From: an uncultured Candidatus Peribacteria bacterium
GTDB lineage: Bacteria; Patescibacteriota; Gracilibacteria; BD1-5; JAGOOR01
NCBI GenBank assembly: GCA_964630285.1
Contig: CAZVRL010000002.1
Location: 1 to 50,406, forward strand
Direction: 5' to 3'
Length of the DNA stretch: 50,406 nucleotides
The notes beneath the pieces are model-generated. The model saw nothing but the letters and a program-made list of their open reading frames with translations. It was not told where the DNA came from and made no database searches. Of the stretch, positions 30,994 to 40,274 are shown piece by piece. Numbering within the stretch: position 1 is the stretch's first letter; the number at the start of each line of letters is the position of its first letter. The position numbers and the translations under genes were made by a program.

Positions 30994-31069
30994 GCCGCGA
31001 TAGCTCAGATGGTAGAGCGCATCCATGGTAAGGATGAGGTCACGGGTTCAATTCCCGTTCGTGGCTCCA
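30994..31069 (+). tRNA. tRNA-Thr (anticodon GGU)
   Basis: Acceptor GCCGCGA/TCGTGGC. D arm GCTC-AGATGGTA-GAGC, anticodon arm CATCC-ATGGTAA-GGATG, T arm ACGGG-TTCAATT-CCCGT, encoded CCA. Confidence 0.85.
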
Positions 31070-31088
31070 GATAACCCCTTGACCACTG

Positions 31089-31208
31089 CCACTCGTCATG
31101 CCATTAAAGGCATGTCTCCGGTCACGGGTTCAATTAAAAATACTGAACCCATTACCACTCGAAGTGAGTTTTGCTCACTTCTCCGGTTCAATTTCCGTTC
31201 GTGGCTCA
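31089..31208 (+). repeat. two tandem diverged modules, each ending in a partial copy of the tRNA-Thr T-arm/3' acceptor
   Basis: Module 1: CCACTCG (31089-31095), hairpin CATGCC-ATTAAA-GGCATG (31097-31114), TCTCCGG, then GGTCACGGGTTCAATT (31120-31135), identical to tRNA positions 31038-31053. Module 2: CCACTCG (31155-31161), hairpin GAAGTGAG-TTTTG-CTCACTTC (31161-31181), TCTCCGG, then CCGGTTCAATTTCCGTTCGTGGCTCA (31183-31208), matching tRNA 31043-31069 with 2-3 mismatches. GGTTCAATT occurs three times. Confidence 0.7.
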
Positions 31209-31244
31209 ATTTGAATATTTAGAAAAGGAGTTATAATTTAAATA

Positions 31245-32030
31245 ATGACATCAAGAATTCCCGACATACACGAGGTAAGCCGAGCGCTCTGATATGAACC
31301 AGAAGAGACGGGTTTTCGCGATTTAGGCGAATGATTTGCGTCTTATAGAACAGAAGAAGCAAAAGATTTACACAAGATAGATGTATGAGAAGAGTGGTCG
31401 ATTGCAACAGTGCGGGAATTAGTACAGTTCAGAATAGCAGCACTAGAGAAATCCCTTGAAGTAAACCAAATTGAACTAAGAGATTTATGAAGTGGTGAAA
31501 AATTAAAAGAAAGAGTACGAGAAAAATCTAGCTCCATAGTAAGTAAGCTGTGACCAGTGTGGACAAAGCGATTCAATACAAGAACTGCAACAGTAAAAAA
31601 ATGAGAAGAAGTTGTAGTGGTAGATGTAGACGAGAAAAAATTTAAAGACCCTTCTTCTCTTGATTATTCAAAACTTGTTGATGGGGGTGCTCAATTTAGA
31701 GATGTGGAAAAAATGGGTAATATATATAGTAGGATACCTTTATCAGTATATATGGCTGCCAAGTGAGGAAACCGCTCTATATTAGAACTCTACGCACATC
31801 CAGTAGTCATCGCACTTATACCAGATGAAGCAGAAAGAAATAAATACCTGTCAGCATTAGGAGTACTTGATTTACAAGACAATTTTGAACTCTGATCTCA
31901 ATCGATTTGGGTACCTGCATGATTCGCAAATAACTGAGGAAGATTTTATGCACTCGGTAGAAAAGCAGATTCATACTATCCGCCAAACAACTCAACAAAA
32001 TACATGGAGCTATTGCTCCATAAAAAGTAG
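31245..32030 (+). CDS. hypothetical protein, UGA-rich
   Basis: A 261-codon frame verified codon by codon from ATG 31245 (AAAAGGAG 31223-31230 upstream) through 10 TGA to TAG 32028-32030. It is invisible in the standard-code track. No family recognised. Confidence 0.55.
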
Positions 32031-32498
32031 TTAACGAACTTGACTTAATTCAACCGCGACAGCTCTCTGAGTGTCGCGTTTTTTTATCACTTCTCGTTTA
32101 TCATATTCTTTGCGACCTTTAGCTAGGGCCACAGATACTTTGACGAGATTTCATTTAAAATACACACGAGTAGCGATGAGCGCCATACCTTTCTCCCCTA
32201 CTTTTTGTTCTAGTCGGAGCATGACGTTCTTTCGAAGAAAGAGTTTTCTCGCACGTTTTACGCCTACATCAGCATCTTCTGCGAATTTATAAGGACTCAC
32301 GTGCATACCGAGAATCTGAGCAACGCCTCCGCGTATAGTTACATGACTTCCCTTCAGTTGAGCTCACATCTCACGCATACTTCTGACTTCCCAACCAAAA
32401 AGCTCAATTCCAGCCTCATGCTCCTCAATTATCTCATAATCAAAGAGTGCTTTTTTATTATTCGCGATTTCGGAGGATTTTTTAGTTTTATTTACCAT
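32031..32498 (-). CDS. smpB: SsrA-binding protein
   Basis: 155 aa through 2 TGA. Motifs [29 protein letters not shown] and [25 protein letters not shown]. Ends TAA 32031-32033, directly abutting the stop of the convergent gene. Confidence 0.85.
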
Positions 32499-33222
32499 TA
32501 TTGATTTCCTCCATTATAGCAGAATGAAGTGCAAAATCTATATGTTTTGTGGTAATTGTTGGCCAATGAGCACGGAAAAAATGAAGAGCTGTATTTGGTC
32601 ACATAAAGCCACCGCTTGTACGATGTCTCCCGTTAGAACCAGCACGAATCATAACATCTGGTTCTCGTAATCAGTTATGTGCCTTTTCAAACGCTTCCCT
32701 ACGAAGAGCAATTTGATTCCCTTCAAAACCGCCTCAAACAAGTAAATCCGCTTGCCTACTAGTCTCTCATTCCTGATCATATCAAAGGGCTAGTGCGCAA
32801 CGGAAAATAGAATTAAATCATTGAGTTTTTTCAGAAATATCTGCCATCAATTCACCAATATCCGGAGGCATCAACGAAGCATCCCCTATCATAAAAACAT
32901 GCGTCTGATTTTGATTTGCTATATCCAAAAGTCGAGGTTTGAATTGACGGAGAAGTTCGTAGAGACCTTTTAGTTCATCTTCTGGTCTTTTTTTGTTCTC
33001 ACGAGAGAGTCACCAAAATGTTACTTCATCAACAACATTAGAGCGTTTTTCTCTTAAATGAAGAAGTGTATCTTCAATTCTTGCAACTCATTCTTTGTGT
33101 CACTCAACAACATGATGCATTTTCACATTTCGGGAAAAACGCCTGTTGCCATCTGGAGTGATAGACATAGATAAAAGTTTTCCGCTATATTCATTGAGTG
33201 CACTTTGAACACCAGGGGACAT
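32488..33222 (-). CDS. uppS: isoprenyl transferase (undecaprenyl-diphosphate synthase family)
   Basis: Frame verified free of TAA/TAG, with 9 TGA. Motifs [29 protein letters not shown] and [15 protein letters not shown]. Overlaps the smpB start by 11 nt. Confidence 0.75.
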
Positions 33223-33287
33223 TCATTTAAGATATACTCATAAATCATCTTTTGCTCATGCAATGTGGTATTTTAGTTTCACAAAAA

Positions 33288-33662
33288 CTATTGCTTATCA
33301 ATAAACCGCTGGAGTATAATACTTGCAGCGATATCGTCAAGGTGTTCATCAGAGTCGAGCTTACCGAGAGACTCCTGTGCTTCAAATGTCGTCAAATCCT
33401 CATCCTGTATTTCTATTTGAATATCTGGCACAGTTTTTTTGATTCTCTCAATCGCTTTTTGAAAAGTTTTTTTTTGTTTTCCGTAGGCATCATATCCTAT
33501 AGCTTCTCCTATCACGATAGTCTTTATTTTTCTTTTTTTTACAAGGTCTGGAAGCTCGAAGAAAAAATCTTCATGGTCATACACTGCATGAGGAATAGCG
33601 ATGCCTATCTCAGCGATAGCGACACCAATATTTCGAGTTCAGTAATCTATACCGAGGTACAT
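33288..33662 (-). CDS. ruvX: Holliday junction resolvase-like protein RuvX/YqgF
   Basis: MYLGIDY-G*-TRNIGVAIAE (the GIDYG motif) plus track ORF 33288..33584. Ends TAG. Confidence 0.75.
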
Positions 33663-33663
33663 A

Positions 33664-34095
33664 CTAGCGAATATCAAGAGTTAATTGTGCATACGCATCA
33701 GCCGAGAGGTCGATATGCACTGTGTGCTTCCCTGCTTTTTTGATGTGTTTTTCATCGAGACGAATCATTTCAGAAAGAAGTGTAACATGAAATTTGCTCC
33801 GTATTTTTTCAACGAGCCAATCCTGGTCTATAGTCTCTGAAAGGTGACCTGATGTATGAGGCATTTCCATTTGCAAAACTTTTTCATGGAGACGTTTGAT
33901 AATATCAAAACGGTTGGTATAAATTTTTGCTCGTCTTTCATCTTTTGACGGCTGTGCTTTGTATTCACGAGCAATTCCCTCTGGAAAGAGTTTGTTTTGG
34001 GCGAAAGTCAGCGAGACTTCTTTTGTTTCCCCCTGTTTGCCTACATTGGCTGTGGTACGAAGAATTTCGACCATGATTTTATCTTTCCCAGCCAT
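33664..34095 (-). CDS. rplI: 50S ribosomal protein L9
   Basis: Intact 143-aa ORF. The N-domain VEILRTTANVGKQGETKEV..FAQNKLFPEGIA resembles L9 (V.LL.dv..lGk.Gd...V..GYarNfL.P.g.A). The C-domain ends KKAGKHTVHIDLSADAYAQLTLDI. Confidence 0.65.
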   Translation of the reverse strand: MAGKDKIMVEILRTTANVGKQGETKEVSLTFAQNKLFPEGIAREYKAQPSKDERRAKIYTNRFDIIKRLHEKVLQMEMPHTSGHLSETIDQDWLVEKIRSKFHVTLLSEMIRLDEKHIKKAGKHTVHIDLSADAYAQLTLDIR

Positions 34096-34101
34096 AAAAA
34101 A

Positions 34102-35865
34102 TTAATTAAGAATTGCCTTGATTCGTCGAACACCTGCTGATGAAGCTTCTTCTTTCTGGATCTTAAATGTTCCCATTTTCGAAGACTCTTCGACGTGAGG
34201 TCCTCCACAGAGTTCCTCAGAATACGTCACTCCATCATCCCCTACCATCTTGTACACTTTCACTGTTTCAGGATATTTTTCCCAGAAAGCACCGAGAACA
34301 CCACGAGCTTTTGCGTTATCTTTTGGCTCTTCTGCCATGGTGACAGTGAGGTGAGCTTTGAGTGCTCCGTTTACATAGTTTTCAACTGCTACGATTTGCT
34401 CTGGTGTCATCTTTTCCGGATGCGTGAAGTCAAAACGGAGTCGCTCAGGAGTAATATTTGAACCTGCTTGCATCACATGTTCTCCAAGTACTTTTCGAAG
34501 ACCAGCAAGCATCAGGTGACATGCTGTATGAAGAGAAATCGTGACATCGCTATGATCTGCAAGTCCACCCTTGAACATACCTGCCGAAGCCGTACGAGAG
34601 AGGTCTGCGTGGGCTTTCATGGCTTCATCAAAATCAGTCTGGAAATTTGATGGTAAATTTCATCCATTGATAACTATTTCTTCTCGAATCATCTCCACAG
34701 GGAGACCGTATGTTTCAAAAAGACGAAAAGCTTCTTTGCCATCAATAGTTTGAATTTTTGAGAGTTCTCGAAGTCCATTCTTAATAGTCTTCTGAAACTT
34801 ACTCTCTTCCATCGTGATTTCATCGATAATCACTGTTTCATTATTTTTTACAGACTCATACACATCTTGATAGATATGAATAAAGTCACGCGCCACTTGT
34901 GCGAGACAAGCGTCTTCATGCCCCATCTTGTGTGCTTCACGAATAGCTCGGCGGATGAGTCGACGGAGGACATAGCCGCGATCAGTATTACTTGGTTTCA
35001 CTCCATCAGCAATCATATGGACCGCTGTGCGGAGATGATCGGCAATTATACGAGCGCCTCTTTCATTGTAATTATTTTCTCCGACTATACGCTTGATATG
35101 TTCAAGTGTATTTATGAAAAAATCTGTATCGTAGGTTGTTTTTTTACCATTGATAACGGCGAGTGTTCGCTCAAGACCCATCCCTGTATCGACATTTTGT
35201 GCTGGGAGGGATTCAAGTGTCCCATCAGCTTTTTTATTAAACTGCATGAAGACATTATTCCAGATTTCCATCCATTGTTTTGAGTGTGTTCCTTTGTTTC
35301 CTTGTGGCTGCCCTTCCCCTACCCAATAAAATATCTCGGTATCAGGACCACATGGACCTGTGGGACCAGCAGCCCACCAATTATCCTCTGCTGGGAGATA
35401 AGCAATTCGTTCACGAGGCATGCCGAGACTGACCCAAATATCAGCACTTTCTTCATCACGTGGAGCATTTGCGTCACCTTCAAAAACTGTGACTGAAATC
35501 ATCTTTGGATCAAGCCCGAGCCAATCAAGTGATGTGAGAAATTCCCAACTCATCTCAATCGAACCGCGTTTGAAATAATCACCGAGAGACCAGTTACCGA
35601 GCATCTCAAAAAATGTATGGTGTGTGTCATCCCCTACATCATCAATATCTCCTGTTCGTACGCATTTTTGTACATCAGCAAGACGTGTTCCCATAGGGTG
35701 TCTTTCGCCCAATAAATATGGAACAAGTGGTTGCATGCCAGCTGTGTTGAAAAGAACAGAAGCGTCGTTTTCAGGAACGAGCGGAGCTGATGGAATGATG
35801 GCGTGATTTTTTGAACGGAAAAAATCGAGGTACTTCTGACGAAGTTGAGAAGATGAGATTTGCAT
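34102..35865 (-). CDS. alaS: alanine--tRNA ligase, short form (catalytic, tRNA-binding and editing domains; no C-Ala domain)
   Basis: Track ORFs 34660..35865 and 34102..34620 share one frame, joined by TGA 34660. Motifs FFRSKNH, FNTAGM, FEMLGNWS and DTGMGLER. Editing-domain motifs HTACHL and CGGPHV. 587 aa. Confidence 0.9.
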
Positions 35866-35953
35866 GGTTGTACTGTATGATTTTTCGTGATGTTTTCAAG
35901 GTTTTTTATAAAGCAGAGATTGCAATTCGAAGAAAAAACGAGAAACTCTGGCC

Positions 35954-36394
35954 ATGCTCTACACCGTGCACACAGATGGATGATCACGAGGAAACCCCGG
36001 CCCAAGCGGGTGCGCTTTTGTGGTGAGCCAATGAAGTAAGGTCATTGAAACTGGTAAATTTTTCCTCGGTACTACGACCAACAATCAAGCAGAATATATG
36101 GGGGCCATTCTCGGTCTCACAGCCGTGAAAAAACTCTGAGGCACAGAAGTTCATCTTGTGATGGATAGCGAACTCGTTATCAAACAACTTCAGTGAATCT
36201 ACAAGGTCAAAGATGCAGGACTGAAAATACTGAACCAAAAAGCAAAAAATATCATAGCAGATTTCAAAAAGGTGACATTTACGTCTGTCCTGCGAGAGAG
36301 AAATAAACACGCAGATGAACTCGCAAATGAAGCTATGGATGCACAATTTCCGATTCATAAAATGGACGAATCTCTCCAAGTCTCTCTCTGGTAA
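35954..36394 (+). CDS. rnhA: ribonuclease HI
   Basis: 146 aa through 4 TGA. Motifs HTDG-G*-SRGNPGPSG, NNQAEYMGAILGL, MDSELV and NKHADELA (the DEDD set). The track shows only a spurious 209-aa antisense ORF here. Confidence 0.8.
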
Positions 36395-36397
36395 ATT

Positions 36398-36778
36398 ATG
36401 CCAAAACGCTATATATTCATCTTCATGGTTTTCTTCTTGGCCTTCCTCGTCATACAGTTTATCATAACCGGTTATCGAAACTCTCAACGTGCAGAGACAC
36501 TCCGAATCCGTGAAAATGAAATCATCCGTGATGAAATAGAAATAGCACGACTCACAGCTCGTGCAAAATGGGGTGATACTGCCGCAGCACGAGTCTACCT
36601 GAAGAAACTTCACAACGATGTAAAACTTCCTGGTGAGCGAGTTATCGTTCTCGTGCCGAAAATCATGTCAGGAGAATATTCAGTGAATAGTGCCATCAAT
36701 GATGCAAAGAAAGAAGAGCGAGTTAATCAAGAACTCACTATTCCGGAAAAATGGAATAAGCTCCTTTTTGGAAACTAA
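36398..36778 (+). CDS. small bitopic membrane protein, FtsB/DivIC-like septum formation initiator (tentative)
   Basis: N-terminal TM helix, a coiled segment, then ARAKWG...KLPGERVIVL, which resembles the family's AR..lg...pgE.v tail. Confidence 0.4.
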   Translation: MPKRYIFIFMVFFLAFLVIQFIITGYRNSQRAETLRIRENEIIRDEIEIARLTARAKWGDTAAARVYLKKLHNDVKLPGERVIVLVPKIMSGEYSVNSAINDAKKEERVNQELTIPEKWNKLLFGN

Positions 36779-38305
36779 TTATTTTGTTTTTTCTCGATAC
36801 CCAAGAGCTTCTGTGATATGTTCAGAAGCGATATCGTCACTTCCTGCGAGATCAGCAATAGTGCGAGCGAGCTTGAGTGTTCGATAATAGGCACGAGTTG
36901 ATAAATCTAATCTCTGAACTGCTTTTTGGAGAAGCTCATTTGTTGTGGCATCGAGGACACAAAATGTATCGATATCTTTATTGGTCATCTCAGCGTTGGA
37001 AGTCTTCCCTGTTTCACGCAGACGAAGAAGTTGTTTTTCTCGAGCGCGCATAACCTGCTCACGAAATTCTGCTGAGGTGGTTGTAGGAGCTGATTTGGTG
37101 GCGATTTCATCGACATTGACTCGTGGTACATGAATAAATATATCCATACGATCGAGAAGAGGACCCGAAAGTCTGGAACGATAGCGCTCTATCTGAAATG
37201 GCTGACAGGTACACTTCTTCACGGGGTCACCCATAAATCCACACGGGCACGGATTCATAGCTCAGACGAGCATAAATCTCGCAGGATAGATACAGCTACT
37301 TTGTACCCGATTCACGCTAATCACTCCGTCTTCCAGTGGCTGACGAAGTGTTTCGAGGACAGTTTGAGGGAATTCGAGCATCTCATCGAGAAAGAGAACA
37401 CCCTTATGAGCGAGTGATATCTCTCCAGGTTTTGAATCACGACCGCCACCAATAATGGAAATCGCTGAAGCCGTGTGATGTATTCGACGAAATGGTCTTT
37501 CCGTGATAAGTGGATGTTCTTTTGAGAGCTTACCTGCAACAGAATAGATTTTACTTACTTCGACTATTTCTTCATACACCATCGGAGGAAGAATAGTTCA
37601 GAGGGCTTTTGAGAGCATCGTCTTTCCTGATCATGGTGGTCATTCCATGAGTATATTGTGCCCACCAGCCGCAGCGATGAGGATGGCACGTTTTGCATAC
37701 TGTTGTCCAACTATCTGAGAAAAATCAACCAGCTCATGTGGATTATGTGATTCGATATCAGCGATAGAAGAAGCTGGCTGTACGACAATAGGAAGTGAAC
37801 CAGAAAGCATACGAACAATCTCTGCGATATTTTTCGCAGGAACAATTTCAACTCAAGGGATAAGGGCTGCCTCAATAGCATTCTCTTCTGGAACTATCAC
37901 ACGCTTATATCATTTTTCTTTTGCAAAAATCACCGTCGGAAGAACAGCCTGAACTTCACGAACAGCACCATCGAGAGCGAGTTCACCAACAACAAGTGTT
38001 TCATCCAGAATAGTTTGTTCTATTTTACACTCTTCTTGGAGTATTCAGAGGGCAATGGGGAGGTCAAAACTTGGACCAGTTTTTTTGATATCAGCAGGAG
38101 CGAGATTGACCGTAATTTTTGTACGTGGAAATGGGAGATCGGAATTTTTGATAGCACTTCGGACACGTTCCCGACTTTCCTGAATAGCGGTATCAGGAAG
38201 TCAGACGATGATAAAAGCTGGCATGCCGTTGTGGATGTCGACTTCGACCTCTACGAGCTGTCCGTCGAGTCATGAGACCACGACAGAATATACTTTTGCA
38301 ATCAT
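36779..38305 (-). CDS. comM: YifB/ComM-family Mg-chelatase-like AAA+ ATPase
   Basis: One frame verified through 9 TGA. Motifs [35 protein letters not shown] and Walker A ME-G*-PP-G*-SGKTML (TGA 37640, 37631). Also LFLDEMLEF and the cysteine cluster NPCPCGF. Ends TAA 36779-36781. Confidence 0.9.
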
Positions 38306-38347
38306 AGAAACATTTTAAGAGTTTCCATTGATTGTAAAATCTAAAAA

Positions 38348-39205
38348 TTAAGAAAGAAGAGCAATCAATTCTTCATCTGATTCTCCGCTCAATTCATTTT
38401 GCGATCCAGTCGCTTCCAAATAAGAATCAACAAATTTCTGAGCATGATTCATGTCTCGGATGACAAAATCTTTTTTCTGTAATTCCACAATACGACTCAT
38501 CTCTCGTGCTACTTTTTCTGATTGAAATACTCTTCCAGAAAGTGCCCTCTCAAACATCATAATATTTGTTCCAATTCTCATTCATTCAGCAAATTCCTGT
38601 TTACCTCCAGTGCTTCCATGCAGTGCCATATTGAGAAATCCGCCAACAGTAGAACGTCCAGATTTATCACCGAGAGTCTCAAAGAGACGAATCCCCTGGG
38701 GTACGATTTTCGCATCATAACCACTCTTTGTTTCTCCTATTTTTTGTTGAGTCGCAAATTGGGTCAAAGCCTCAATACCAGATATCTCTCAGAAAGAATT
38801 ATCAATTCCTAGTTGTCCAAAAACTACTTCTCTTCTCTCATCTGTCATAGTGCCCCAACCTGGAATATCTATTCTATTCCACCGACTTTCATGAGCATTA
38901 TGGAGACCTTCATGCACTATAACCTCGCGTTGGAAGTCCTCTCAAAGAGTATTTACATTAACGTACGAAACTCATGTTACTCCTGGTTTCTTAAATCACC
39001 CTACCCCTGGTTTCGTCAGTATATAGACTACTTTATCTGGAGTCTGTGCAGCGCCCCGAATAGCCGCTTCGGCTTTTTCTGGTTGCCCTATTTTTCTGAA
39101 AAATTCAGCCGTCTCATGAGGACTTGCCCCATCTTCAAATCGTGGAACTTCGAGCTTCTCTATCCAGTTCATTCATTCAGTCATGTCTTTCAATCCAGGA
39201 TGCAT
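38348..39205 (-). CDS. hypothetical protein with HExxH zinc-metallopeptidase-like motif
   Basis: Track ORFs 38582..38767 and 38348..38581 plus upstream form one 285-codon frame, verified through 6 TGA. IVHEGLHNAHE lies at 38888-38914. No signal peptide. Acidic C-terminus. Confidence 0.5.
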
Positions 39206-39282
39206 AAAGTAAGAAATAGTATTCTTACCTTTTAATTGTAGTAAATTTTATTTTTTGACAAGTAAATATTATATTTTATTTA

Positions 39283-39483
39283 CTATATCCAACCGAGTGA
39301 GTACAAAGCACCAAAAACAATAAAGACTATACCGAGAAGTTTCAATGCTGTAACTGTTCCACCGATTCCAAAAAATTTCTCAGCCCATACCCAAGAACCG
39401 ACAAATTCATAGGTAGGACGGATATATTTCAAAATCACGACACCGAGACCGATAACCAAGAGACCAATAAAAAATTCTGCCAT
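39283..39483 (-). CDS. 66-aa two-helix membrane protein, hypothetical
   Basis: Intact ORF with two hydrophobic helices (FFIGLLVIGLGVVIL; LKLLGIVFIVFGALYSLGW). Ends TAG. Confidence 0.45.
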   Translation of the reverse strand: MAEFFIGLLVIGLGVVILKYIRPTYEFVGSWVWAEKFFGIGGTVTALKLLGIVFIVFGALYSLGWI

Positions 39484-39497
39484 AAAAAGAAATTAAA

Positions 39498-40166
39498 TTA
39501 AAAAGATTTATATCCAATACCTCGAACCGTGAGAATAACATCATCTCCTACTTTGTGACGAATATTTTTGATATGTGTATCAATCGTTCTGTCATAGAGA
39601 AAGTTAGCGTAGCCCATAATCTCTCGCATGAGATCTTCACGAGACACTACTTTTCATTCACGAGCGATGATATATTTGAGGAGCTGAAACTCAGATTTTG
39701 TCAGAAGAGACTCTTTACTTCCGCGAACCACAGTCAGCTCTGATTCTATTAACCTTAAATCACGGTAGATGAGCCCCTCTTTACTCGGTTGTGAAGTTCC
39801 TCGACGGAGAACGGCCTTGATACGCATGACGACTTCTTTTGGACTAAAAGGCTTACCGATATAATCGTCTGCTTCAAACTCAAATGAAGTGCTAATATTG
39901 CTCTGATCATCTCGCGCAGAAAGCATCAGAACTGGCACACTCGATTCCGCACGGAGCTCTCGGAGGATACTGAGTCCGTCCTGACCAGGGAGATTTATAT
40001 CGAGGATGACGGCATCTGGCTGAATCTGACGAAAAGAAGCAAGTGCCTCGTCGCCACGCATGCACGTGTGGACATCAAACTCCGATTCTCGGAGATAGAG
40101 AACCAGTGAATCAACGATTCACTGGTCATCGTCGATGAGAAGAATAGATATTTTTTTCGGAGACAT
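39498..40166 (-). CDS. OmpR-family response regulator (receiver plus winged-helix output)
   Basis: MSPKKISILLIDDDQ-G*-IV, VILDINLPGQDG, DDYIGKPF. Output domain LTKSEFQLLKYIIARE-G*-KVVSREDL...TIDTHIKNIRHK...RGIGYK. No histidine kinase in the window. Confidence 0.8.
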
Positions 40167-40274
40167 AGGTGCAAGTATATAAAAACACTTCTGAAGTACA
40201 AGATTCTCACTTTTTGAAAATGCCCTAGAATTTCCGAAATCGATCATATAATGGCCGAGTAATAACTAAAAACT

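Noticed and set aside
32054-32085. Hairpin GCGACA-loop-TGTCGC followed by a T-run, resembling a terminator for the 31245 gene.
   Set aside because: It lies inside the C-terminal coding region of the convergent smpB gene (32031-32498). It may still act on the plus-strand transcript, but I cannot separate that from coding constraint.
35984-36613. 209-aa ORF on the minus strand, one of the longest uninterrupted ORFs in this part of the track.
   Set aside because: It lies antisense to a well-supported RNase HI gene (35954-36394) and the start of the next plus-strand gene. Its composition is Cys/Phe-rich and shows no motifs. It is a shadow ORF that looks long only because the true gene is split by TGA in the track.
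40167-40274. Possible glmS ribozyme/riboswitch upstream of glmS.
   Set aside because: Only about 108 nt are available between divergent genes, and part of that must hold two promoters. I could not find the conserved glmS ribozyme core. There is a TATAAT at 40246-40251 close to the ATG. An Rfam scan could still be run.
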